DNA of 64,000 nucleotides from Craspedostauros australis. Taxonomy: Eukaryota. The translations under genes and the position numbers were made by a program. Below, piece by piece: positions 34,533 to 45,427 of the stretch (position 1 is the stretch's first letter; every line of letters starts with the position of its first letter). The notes below the pieces were generated by a model. It worked only from the letters and a program-made list of their open reading frames with translations. It made no database searches and was not told the DNA's origin. The stretch spans positions 62,001 to 126,000 of the forward strand of contig JALAGF010004851.1 of assembly GCA_030167865.1 (NCBI GenBank), in the 5' to 3' direction.

Positions 34533-35143
34533 ATGATGTTGGCCCGAACAGTACTTGCACGCACCGCCGCCACCACCCGAATGGTGGCGCGCCGCCAGAT
34601 GGCATCCGATGCCAAGGTCCACACCGCCAAGTCCAAGTGGAGCGAGCTCCAGAAGACACGCCCACCAAAGGACCCGATGGACGAGCACGTGAGTTGGCCC
34701 ACCCTCTCTCTTGGGTGAATTTCTTGGAGAATTTCAGGACAACTCGAACCCGAAATTTGACGTTTGGTTTGAATCGAGAATGTGAGAAAACTACATGTGT
34801 GGCCTAGCGACCAGTCCTAACTTATTCTTCTCCTTCCTTCGTTCTTTTCTTGATGTATCTTCCCATGTTGTCGCACGATCTCGACAACTGCAACGCGGAT
34901 GATGGCAACAACGTTCCAATGTACGTGGTGCCACAACAAACTAATCATCCACCATGCCACGATATGCAATGCAATGCAATGCAATGACAACATGAATACT
35001 CTACTCTACTCCAGTTGGTCTTCCACCCACCTTACAACGGTCCGATGGTTGGAATTGCCATCTTCGCGGTGTACATCGTCGGATACGGCGTCATCGCTTT
35101 CGGAAAGTCCCACCAGCAGTACAAGCAGGGATACTGGAAATAA
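34533..35143 (+). CDS. Small single-TM mitochondrial protein, COX7C/Cox8p-like; 2 exons (34533-34688, 35015-35143), 94 aa
   Basis: Presequence MMLARTVLARTAATTRMVARRQMAS. Phase-0 GTGAGT...CTCCAG intron. Exon 2 encodes LVFHPPYNGPMVGIAIFAVYIVGYGVIAFGKSHQQYKQGYWK-TAA with highly-expressed codon usage. Gene model is strong; family call is tentative. Confidence 0.7.
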
Positions 35144-35977
35144 GCTTGCGGTATGGTTGTTGCAGGTCCACCGTTGCGCCATTGTGAAGAGCATGGTGTA
35201 GTCGTAGCAACGCGGTGCCGGGACAGCGCTTTTCCATTCTCGGATCCTGCATGCTCGTCTGCTCACGCATACGCCTTGCGTCGTCCAGGGATGGTGCACC
35301 AGCAGCACCAACTCGTCGCTGCATGGCGTAACGGAAAGGAATGCCATGCTTCAAGTAGTCTGAGCACGATACAATAAGAATACAATATCAATACGACAGC
35401 AAACACCAATGGAGTAAGCACATGAGCAGACACCCAGCATGAAACTTGTTTGTGGTGGTGGTGCGAACGATGTTGTGTCATAGTCGTATCATTGGGTCAC
35501 AAGTGCGTTTCTTATTCCCGAAGTATAGTTTGCGTGAGGCGCCGTAGATCAGATCAAGTACGTTTGCACTATAATACCTTACGGATCTGAAACACTTCCT
35601 ATTGCATTCCCTACCCTATCGGAGCACGGGAGACAGCTTGCTTGCAGAGAGATCTGCGGCACCCTCCCAGACGCCTCGTAATCACGCTGTTGCGATTGCT
35701 ACGTGTGCGACTATTGCCATCACGCAGTGGCGATCTTTCGTGTTGGGTTGGCGAACGATCTTGCGGAGACTTGATTTAGTCGAATTAATCGTTCTTCGGC
35801 TTGCCGCAACAACCACAACACCAAAAGAGACAAACAAACAGACGCCTGCCTGCATTCGACACACAACACAACCCACAAGAGCTCTGGAGCATCGAGGCAC
35901 ACATTGGATGACGCCGACTATGCATTGGTGAGGTTCAGAGACAGATTCCAGAACTATTATTCAGACGAACGTGAGAA

Positions 35978-38245
35978 ATGGCAAGGACAGATTCGAAATC
36001 GAAGGCGAAAGCCGCCGTGAGCGAGGACGACAAGCAGCAGCAAGGTGAGGAGAAGCAGAAAGAGGAGAACGCTGGAAAACGCCAAGGCAGTGCTCAAGTC
36101 GACGATTCAGAAGGACAAGAAGAAGCAGAAGACGACAAGCGAGAGATGGAGAAGGTGAAGAACGATGATGGGCCAGACTCAGGAGAGACTGCGACTGCGG
36201 CGGAAATGGACGTGGACGTGGACGCGAAAGAGAGCAAGGGGGCGGATGATGAAGCAAAGGCAAAGTCGGACGACTCCAAAACTGCGATGACTGACAAGAG
36301 CCGCGACGATGGCGAAAAGGTGGATGCTGCATCATCCAATGATGGTCCAACAGGGGGACGCAACAATCAAACAGGAGGCAAGGACGTGCCAAAGTCCAAC
36401 GAAAATGAGAACAAAGATGAGAAGGAAGGCGAAAAACAGGCAAGCGAAGCAAGCGTGAGCGTGCCACAACCTGATGCTGCAGCTTCGACGACCGCAAGTG
36501 GTCCAAATGCCGATACCAGTGGTGGCGACGGCGATAGTGCTGCGAAGCGCAGGCTGAGGGATATATTTGACGATTCGGATGATAGCTCCACATCTGAAAC
36601 AAAGCACCCTGCGCCTCAAACACAACAGAAACGGAAACGAAAGAACGAAGACATATCCACGGATGATGCAGTCCCCGCAACGGGTAGCGGCGGCGATGGT
36701 ATGGACGTGGACGTGGACGTGAAAGCACACGCGAATAAGGATGGGGATAAAGGCAAGGATAGGACCGCTGCTGCAAATGCCCAGGCAAAAGCAGACACAG
36801 ATACAGACGAAAGGGCCGGTGGGAAGCGAAAGACACTCCCCAGACTCTCAAAGCAAAAGAAGGACAGTCAAGACGGAAAACATGGAGATGAGGATGACAA
36901 GCCAAGAGACTCGGACGAATCACCGGCAACGACAGGTGCAGCAGCAGTCACAACACAATTGGAAGATGCCACCGCTGTCAAGACGCCTACCAAAGTCGCA
37001 AGCACCGATTCTCAGCGCCGCAAACGCACTCGCGTCTCAACCTCAACCTCAACTCCTACCTACCGTCCAGAAGCCTTCGTCCGCAACAAGAAAGCAACGA
37101 AGAAGGCAAGGCGCATCAAGATAGGCATGATACCATCCATCCGGGAATCCATCATGGCGCATGCTCCCGAAGCTGAAGAGGTTGGCTGGGCCTTCCGACT
37201 CCTCCACGACATCAAGCCACGTAACGCAAGTGGGGATTTGCGAAAGGACGTGCTCAAATTTGATGGGTACATGGATCCGGAAACGGCGATGCGGGTTGGT
37301 GAAGACGATAATGCCGAGGTACCAGAGAAATACGTGGAGGCAGAGGTACGTAGAGTAGAGCAAGCAGCATCGTCTTGAGAATGCCTATGTGCGATACAGA
37401 CGAGCACGTGCTTGTGTTTGTGTTTGGCCGTCGTTGTTGCGCTCACGTGTTCAGGCTGACGATAGTATACGGTGTTGTGGGCCGTTCTACTTGCAGTCGA
37501 GATACTCACAGTTGCATACATCCCATCTGTACCTTCTCGAACCAACCATTGCACACACGGCTCTGCGTTCATCACGTCACAAATACATTCCCTCCATCGC
37601 AACGCAACATCATGCAACGCCAACACATGAACTTGACAGAACGCATTTGCCTTCCGCCTGTACAGGATCACACGGCAGCAGATATGTGGTATTCTCGTCT
37701 TATTCAACATCGATGACCGATCATCACTTGTGGGGGAGAAAAGTTTGACGAAGGACGGCCTGATAAATTTGGCTCTCCGCTTCTTGCGCTCACCCCATCC
37801 AAGATACACGCGCTCTCCTGACGAGGAAGTCAGCGGGTCGTTACCGGCGTTTTCTGATGTCGAAAATTCCACGCGAAAGAAAAAGGATGGCAAAAAGAGC
37901 AAAAGCAAGGTGAAAGAAGAAAGCGAGGATGACGACGATGACAACGAAGAGGAGGAGGAGGAGAAGAAGGAGAGCGAGAAAGAAAGCGAGGAGGCTGATG
38001 ACGATGGCGACAATCCGACGCCACCCTCAAAGTACGTTGAGCATTATCACGCACTGAGGGGGTTGCGACGTCGATGCCTGCCGACCGACGCCATGTTGCG
38101 TGCGTGGATGAGATCCTATTTGGGTTGCTTCGACTTATCCAGGGTGACGTTGGGGCACATGGTTACCACGGCAGAAGCGAGATTCGGCTCGGACATACTG
38201 AAACACAGACAACGGCTTCGTGTCATCTTGATTGAGGAGCTTTGA
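35978..38245 (+). CDS. DEK-like chromatin protein with DEK_C domain; 2 exons (35978-37345, 37640-38245), 657 aa
   Basis: Long charged N-terminus; DEK-central-like LRKDVLKFDGY...TKDGLINLALRFLRSP; acidic tract; DEK_C-like PTDAMLRAWMRSYLGCFDLSRVTLGH...FGSDILKHRQRLRVILIEEL. Phase-0 GTACGT...TGACAG intron. Confidence 0.75.
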
Positions 38246-38539
38246 GAAATCGGGAGTGAAAATCGAGTTTTTGAGCGAACCGTTTTGCCCCACTTCGCGC
38301 ACCAGCCATCGTTTCTGGCCAAGTCGATCGCCGAGGCGGCGGGCGTTCACTCTTGTCGTTTCGCGTCCACTCATTTGTGGGATTGGCTCACACCGTTTCA
38401 TTTTAGAACACTTTGACATCGTTAGCATCGTGATTGGCACAGTCGAGTAGTGCAAGGCATGCGCGCGCGTCCGTGTACTCTAAATATTGCCTACTATTAA
38501 TACGTCCAGTTTTACCTGAACATACCCGTTTGTTGGTTT

Positions 38540-39431
38540 CTAAAAGTCCTCATCGATGACGAACACCCTTTCCTCTGATACGTGCGAGACAGGCACGGAG
38601 AAGTCGGTTCTCCGCTCTGAAACTGCCGCATTCGATGTTATCGTGGTGGAGGGGGTGACAGCCACGAAGCTCGACATTGTGCTAAAAGTGGTGGGCATTG
38701 GACGATGCGAAAGCGCTGATCCCATCGTCTTCATCGTCGGTCGGACGATGTCTGGCATGTCGCCGAAGCCGTCATCCACCCGCAGCATGAACTCCCTGTC
38801 GTCCTTCTCCTCCTCCTCGTACACCGGCGTCTCCGGTCGGACAACTCCCGGCACCTCATCGAAATCGATCTTTCGCTCGCCGCCCATCTGCTGAATCTCG
38901 CCATCTTCATCGACGACGACGTAGAACGGCACGCTCTTGAAACCCAGCTGCTGCTTGGCCTTCTCCTTGTCTTCCTGCTCCATGAAGAAGTGGCTGACGT
39001 GCTGCCATCTCAGATCCTCATCCTTCTCGATGATGTTCCTGGCGCCGTCGAGCTTGTCGCAGCAGATGGAAACGAACTGCACATCCGAGTACTTGGGCTC
39101 CTGCGCCATGCGATCCAGCTTATCCAAGGCCGATGGGCAGCGCACACATTTGGTGGTCCAGAAGTCTGGATGTCACAGAAGCGAAGGGTGATCCGAAAAC
39201 AACAAGTTGGTGGGAAAAGATGAGGGTATGAGCCGATGATCGGGTAATTTTGTGGCGTTTGAAATAGTGGCATCAAACTTTGGATCTTCCTTGTTGACCA
39301 CACGCATCCACAGCACACACACTGGACGTACCGATGATTGTGGCCTTGCCTCTGACAACGTCCTCTGTGTTTCTGGAGTCCGCCGACTTGAGGCAGACGA
39401 GCGGCAGTTGTGGCAAGTGTCCGATGGTCAT
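38540..39431 (-). CDS. Thioredoxin-like (TlpA/ResA-type) CxxC protein; 2 exons (39431-39332, 39165-38540), 241 aa
   Basis: Splicing (GTACGT...TCCAG, phase 1) restores GKATIIDFWTTKCVRCP; also cis-Pro motif FKSVPFYVVVDEDG and a disordered tail ending VFVIDEDF. Confidence 0.85.
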
Positions 39432-40154
39432 GGTGATGCTGGTCGTTGGCGTTGTTGTGTTGGCGTTGGTGTGGGTTTGGGCTTGGGTTTTTGTGATGTG
39501 AGCAATGCCGATTCTGTTGCGGACTCGAATTGTGAGTGAGACGCGAAGGATGCAGCGCTTCTGATGAGTCGCGATAATCCTCTCACAGACGCGACAACGG
39601 CCATGTGGCGAATCGAAAATGTGAGGAATGGTGTCGGCTTTATCGCGTTCCGGCGCACAGACACCAGTCCACTTCTCCATTTTCGTTCGTGGGCCATTTT
39701 CACTCATCGTTCGGATACACAGACAGAATGACATTATTGACATATTCGACTCACAAATACACTGATACCTCATACTTAGTATATACGAATGTATCTAATG
39801 TATGGTGTATTTATAGTACAATGACAACATCGCGCACCGTTGTCACACGGTGTTTGTGCGGTGCTTGTTCACATTTGCGCGGGTAGTTGCGACCGATCAG
39901 GGAACCGCCTCCAGGTGCACAAACCAAGAGACAACAAGAAAGAAGACAAGACAAAAGCTCCTGCAACCAAGAAGCCAAGGACTGGACACAGACATTGAAC
40001 ACAGACATCGGACATCCTCACATCTTCGAAGAGGGTGAGATACTTGCAGATTGATGACATGCAGTCGTAGAGATTGGAGACGTACAATAGATACAGACGT
40101 ATTATTGTAATATTATTGTAATATTGTGTTATAAAAGATCGAAATCGAGACGCC

Positions 40155-41972
40155 ATGAGCAACCAAGAACGCGGGTATCCACAGGGCGAGGCAGGCAGCC
40201 ATCAGCGACACTCACCCTACGCATCTGTGGTCCCGCATCCGCATCAGCAGCAGTACGTGTTCCCGCAGCCAAACGCACAGCCGCATGCTCCTCCCTTCCC
40301 ACCTCTGCAATCGCGTCCGCAGCATCCCCATGCGCACGCACAGCTCCGCCAACCGTACCGCGCAACGCAGGGATACCAGCAGAAGCCCGGAGCTGCGGGA
40401 ACCGCCGCCACGAAAGAATTCTCCCCACCACTGCAGCGAGCAGGCGCGGATCGCACAGCAGAGGACCAAGCGAAGCCAGTTGTGCTCACGGCCAAGGATG
40501 TGGAAGTCACTGAGCACGAGAAGGTGACGTACGGCCAACCCAAGCGGTCGAAGCGACATTCGAAGAAGTCAAAGGACCATGCGGCATCGAAGAGCAGGCG
40601 CGAAGAGCGGCACAGGGAGAGGCAGCCGTCGGCATCGTCAACATCGGCTGCAAGTGCTGCAGCAGCGCCGGCCTATCATGCCTATCAGGCACACGGAATG
40701 CATCCAGCGCCGGCAACGTTGCAATACATGCAGCCCCCCTCGGAGCCTGCGGGACGACCGTCGTATCGCGACGACGCCCACCACCGTGCTGCCCACAAGC
40801 GCAGACGCGACAGGAGCTCGGAACGGCCGCACAAGGTATCACTCACCCCACAAGAGTTCATGGATCAGCTCATGCCGCACGATGCGGAGCGCAGATTGCA
40901 TCGCATGAAACATCACAAACGATCGCGAGACCGCGCGTCGCGTGGCAGCGACTCCGAGGCCAAGACATCGCAACACATGGATGCGACGGAACAACACAAG
41001 ATCGTTCATATCAAAGATAAAACGTACAGGGTCCATCCTAATGTTCTCGTGGAGACCTACGCGGAAGTTCCGCAACATCGTGGAGGTGATGGCAGCAACG
41101 CACAGCGCAAAAAGGCGGCTGCGGGCGTGACAGAAAAGGACGGCGATGAATCGCAGAAGAAGAAGGCTGGAACGGAACAGCAGCAGCAGCAGGACAGTTC
41201 AAAGGAAGACCAGCTGAAGCAGCAACAGCAGAGAAAGTCAAAAGAGCAACAGAAAGGGAAGCAGCAACAGCCACAGCAACAGCCACAGCCACAGCATGCT
41301 GTCGAGTATGCACAGACGTACATTCAGTTGCCTGGTGGGCAATTGCGCCTCGTGGCACAGACACCAGTCGCGACCAACGCAACTGCTGCTGCTGCAGAAG
41401 CACGCACCAGGGCAACAGCAGGTCCTACCGCCGCAACCACCGCTGACGCTAGAACGTTCGTGATGAATGCAAACGCCACCACATCGCCTCGCCTCGTCGC
41501 GCAACCACAACCCATGGCCGTCCCCATGACGTGCGTGCGCGGAGCCGACGGAAGACTCTATCAGTATGCACCCATGCAGGCACCGACGGGATATTCCTTT
41601 GCGGGTATGCCGCCAGTCCTCGCAGCTGGTGGCGCGGAGGCCGCTGGCGGATACGTGATTGCGGCGCCGCCGACGCAAGGCAATGCGATTTTTGTTACGC
41701 CGCAGTACGTGCTGGATGCAGCATCGCGGCAAGCAGCGGTGAATGATGCCAACAAAGAGAGGAGAGAGCAGCGCAATGCCGTTGTGCAACTGCACTGCGA
41801 TTCAGCGTCGGAAGGCGACGCAAGCGAAGATGAGGACTTCAAACTCCCGGCAGGTGTGGTTCGCATGGAGGTGGGAGACAACTGCACAGAAGTGTTGCAG
41901 AAGATGATCGATCTCGGTCATGCCAATTTGGAAATGCTCAACGACATCCATGTGTTGACGCTGACAAATTGA
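40155..41972 (+). CDS. Hypothetical Gln/His/Arg-rich low-complexity protein, 605 aa
   Basis: Long ATG-initiated ORF with poly-Q and basic clusters; no recognisable domain. Confidence 0.6.
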   Translation: MSNQERGYPQGEAGSHQRHSPYASVVPHPHQQQYVFPQPNAQPHAPPFPPLQSRPQHPHAHAQLRQPYRATQGYQQKPGAAGTAATKEFSPPLQRAGADRTAEDQAKPVVLTAKDVEVTEHEKVTYGQPKRSKRHSKKSKDHAASKSRREERHRERQPSASSTSAASAAAAPAYHAYQAHGMHPAPATLQYMQPPSEPAGRPSYRDDAHHRAAHKRRRDRSSERPHKVSLTPQEFMDQLMPHDAERRLHRMKHHKRSRDRASRGSDSEAKTSQHMDATEQHKIVHIKDKTYRVHPNVLVETYAEVPQHRGGDGSNAQRKKAAAGVTEKDGDESQKKKAGTEQQQQQDSSKEDQLKQQQQRKSKEQQKGKQQQPQQQPQPQHAVEYAQTYIQLPGGQLRLVAQTPVATNATAAAAEARTRATAGPTAATTADARTFVMNANATTSPRLVAQPQPMAVPMTCVRGADGRLYQYAPMQAPTGYSFAGMPPVLAAGGAEAAGGYVIAAPPTQGNAIFVTPQYVLDAASRQAAVNDANKERREQRNAVVQLHCDSASEGDASEDEDFKLPAGVVRMEVGDNCTEVLQKMIDLGHANLEMLNDIHVLTLTN

Positions 41973-42146
41973 TACATTCGACATGAACGGTTGCTTCTTG
42001 GTAAAATGTTGTGCCAAATCATGAAACAGTGCATGCATTCTATAATAGATAGAACGTCAGTTATCACGCATGATGCTACTTTTCACGCCATCCTGTGTTG
42101 TGCGGTGCATGATAGAAGCATTCAGTATGGTCATCTGGCAGCAACC

Positions 42147-43794
42147 TTACTTGTTGACAAAGTCAACACCCTTCTGGATCTGCGTCTGCAGCTGCGGCGT
42201 CAACTTCTCCAACCAAGCCTGCTCGTATTCCGAGATGGTTCCGTATCCGTGAATCTCTTCGACTCCGTTTGGACCGAACTTGCAAGGCGTCGCGAAGTAA
42301 GGAACGTCAGGGACGACGGTGGACTCGACGTAGGCGCACTGCACCACGTCGTCATCGCCGTTCAATGCCTTGACGACGTTGTCGGCGAAGAGGTAGCCGG
42401 CGTAGGCCATGCTGAGGGTGGCGGAGCCTGCACCTGCCTTGGCCTGAACGACCTCGTCACCTCCGAATTGGACACGGACGGTGAGCTTCTCGCGGACCTC
42501 GTCGGATGGTGTGAATCCAGGAACCTGGCTGAAGAGCGGCAGGATGGTGATGCCGGCGTGTCCGCCAATGACTGGGACGTTGACATCGGCACCGTCCATC
42601 TGTTCCGAAACGAAGGTGTTGGCACGGCAGACATCGAGGGTGGTGACACCCACCAGCTTCTTCGGGTTGTAGACACCGGCCTTCTTCAGCACTTCCGCGG
42701 CGATTGGGACGGTGCTGTTGACGGGGTTGGAAATGATGGCGATCATGGCATCTGGGCAGTACTCGGCGCATCCTTCCACCAAGGTCTGGACGATGCTGGC
42801 ATTCGTCTGAAAAGTGGCGTCCGCACGAGAGTGAGTGATTTTTCGAGTTGTTTGGGCATCCGGACAGGTATCCGCACGAGTATGTATGTGTGGCATTCGA
42901 TTTATCATTCATCATTCATCGTTCGCCCATTCATCCATTCATTCATTTGTTTGATTTTGTTTTGTTTGTGACGAGCCAATGTTGAATGTGTACGAGTCGT
43001 TCATTCGAAAGGTTACGATCAACGATTGCGTTCGGCAATACCCCCACGAACACCCAACAATCGCAGAGCATCGCATGGCGGCGATCCAACATACGAGTAT
43101 GCCCACCATGGCGCACGTTGAGTTGCATAGTGGTGGCAGTGGTGGCGGTGGTGGCAGAGTGTTTGATAGTGTTGGTTACACAGAACAAGTCGAAAGTGTG
43201 AGTGCAAGGAAGGCACATGCGACATCGTCATCATCAACGCTTGCAATCCACAATCCGAATCCTTGGTGGAAGAGCCGGTTGGTTCGGTTGCAGTCATTTT
43301 GAGTTCGGATGGTGGCAAGGACCTGATTCCCTTCTTCGAATTTGTAGCAACTCATCATCGACCACCCAACAAGACGACGTCAACACCGATCGTGGACGTA
43401 CGTTGAACAGATCATCGCGCGTCATGCCGGGCTTGCGAGGCACCCCGGCGGGAATGACGACGACATCCGCACCCTGAAGGGCCGATTCCAACCCCGTGTT
43501 GCCCGTTGGTGGCCACGATCCTGGTGCTGGCAAGTGTCCCGTGACCTTGCTGGCGCCGACCGGGATGTGAGACAGATCGGCCGCCACACCTGGCGTGCCC
43601 ACGATATCGTAGCACGAGAGTTCGGAGACGTTTGGCGAAAGCTTGAGGAGCATGGAGAGGGGCTGTCCGATGCCTCCGTTGGCGCCCAGCACGGCCACCT
43701 TGCGCGAGGCGGAGGATGTGGAGGAGAAGCTGGCGGCGTTCGCGGCGCGGGACATGGTGGTCTTCAGGAAGGCGGCGGAGCGGGAAGCGAACAT
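42147..43794 (-). CDS. MDH2: Mitochondrial NAD-dependent malate dehydrogenase; 2 exons (43794-43402, 42806-42147), 350 aa
   Basis: Presequence [104 protein letters not shown]. Phase-0 GTACGT...TTTCAG intron, 595 bp. Confidence 0.97.
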
Positions 43795-45427
43795 GGTGCG
43801 GGTGTGGATCAGAGGCGTACTGTTTGCTTGGTCGGTCGGCCGGTCGTCAATTCTGAATTGTTATGATGGGGATGGGAGGATGGCAATGACAGAGTGAGAT
43901 CTGCGCTGTTGTACCTCTTTCCTCTTTCTTGCTGCCTTTCTGCCTGACTTTCTGTTTCGGTTGGATCTGATTTGGGTCGTCGAGATCTTTGTTCGTGGTC
44001 GTGAAGAGAGAAGCGTGTCGCAGCGAAGAGAAGGAACGGAAGTTCGGCTTGTGTTCGCATTTCGTTTCGTGTCGTATAAGACACATTTAGATTCAGCCAT
44101 TGGCTAGTACATGTCTCACATGTGATTCTTCGCCCTTCTCTATTCGCCGCAATGAAATCCGCAAGATGGCTTTTCGCTGCGCACAAGTGATAAGTAAAGT
44201 GGTCGAAGGAATCGAATCAGGGTTACTCGATGGCGCTTTTCGAGCACAAGTCTGACAGAAAGGACGATGACTCTGCGATGGCGCCTTTGGGATTTTCTCG
44301 TGTGTCAGTGAACCAATCGGCCGTGAACAAGAGGAAGTCGATTGTGTCTTTCGATGTGACACGCGTTGTTCGTGGCGCTCTGTCTTTGGATGCTTCTGAA
44401 ACATGTGAGAGAAAGGAGAGAAGGAAGCCCAACGATAACCAACAAAAGGGTCGGAGGGACTTCCTTTGTCGTCGTCGCATGTGTTTGCCCACGAGTAGCG
44501 CGCACTGCGTGACGCGAAAGATGGGAGAGGGACGTGATGAAACGAGGGATGGAGGGAAACAACAAGGGAAGGAGTCGAGGCGAACCAAGTCACGCCAAGA
44601 CCTGATGACTTCCTCGGGAACGGAGAGGGAGATCAAGAGTGGCCAGAGAAGGACACCAACAACAACCAACTATTATACTGTAACCAACAACAAGCAACAA
44701 GGGACCCTACTATCCTCCACAGGAAACAACAGCAGCCGTGTCAATCCAAATCCCACCTGGACGGAACAGTCACAAGAGAGTTCAGGACTCCTCGCAACCA
44801 TTCGGAGACAGCAGCATCAACAACAACAACAACAAGGCAGACATCAGAGAGTTCGAGAGGTAGCACCTCTTTTGTGCCATTCTTGTGCCATTCTTGCCAA
44901 CTTGGTGGCAGTCTGTCAAGTGCAACAACCACTTTGACAAGAAAGAGAAGAGCAAGACGATTCGGCAAGAGTAGATTGCCGCAATTCATCACATCCTGAC
45001 GGTGGCACATATTCTATAATAGATCGCCGCTGCCTGGATTGGTTGAACAGCACTTGCGCACACCCAACTCGCCAGCTGAGGAACTGATCGGACAAGGCGA
45101 ACGCCGCAGTCAACAGAGTGGCTGCACGTTCCAGGTCTTGTTCTTCGGAGCTCCTTCTGATTGAGTGGAGGCGTCGCCCAGCCCGATCCGTTTCCGTGTC
45201 TCTCTTGCCCCCAAAGGAACGGGATCGATTGCCTCGGACGATCGATTGAACTTCGCCTGAAGCATCATTCTCGGCCGCATCAGTCATAACAGCTACACTG
45301 ATAGGAGTGAGAAGAAAGAAAGAAAGAACTGCCACGCATACATTATAGAATAGAATAGTACACTCACACTCACGCACACGCACGACGAGCAAGAACAGGA
45401 ACAGGAACGGAGACTCTGCGGGGCTGC

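Noticed and set aside
38540..39431. Possible selenoprotein (UxxC/CxxU) thioredoxin
   Set aside because: Both active-site residues are TGT/TGC Cys codons; no in-frame TGA.
41991..42971. 326-aa + strand ORF
   Set aside because: Antisense shadow of MDH exon 2.
43800..45420. ORFs of 148-235 aa between MDH and the phosphatase
   Set aside because: Compositionally typical divergent promoter/leader DNA; no recognisable protein features.
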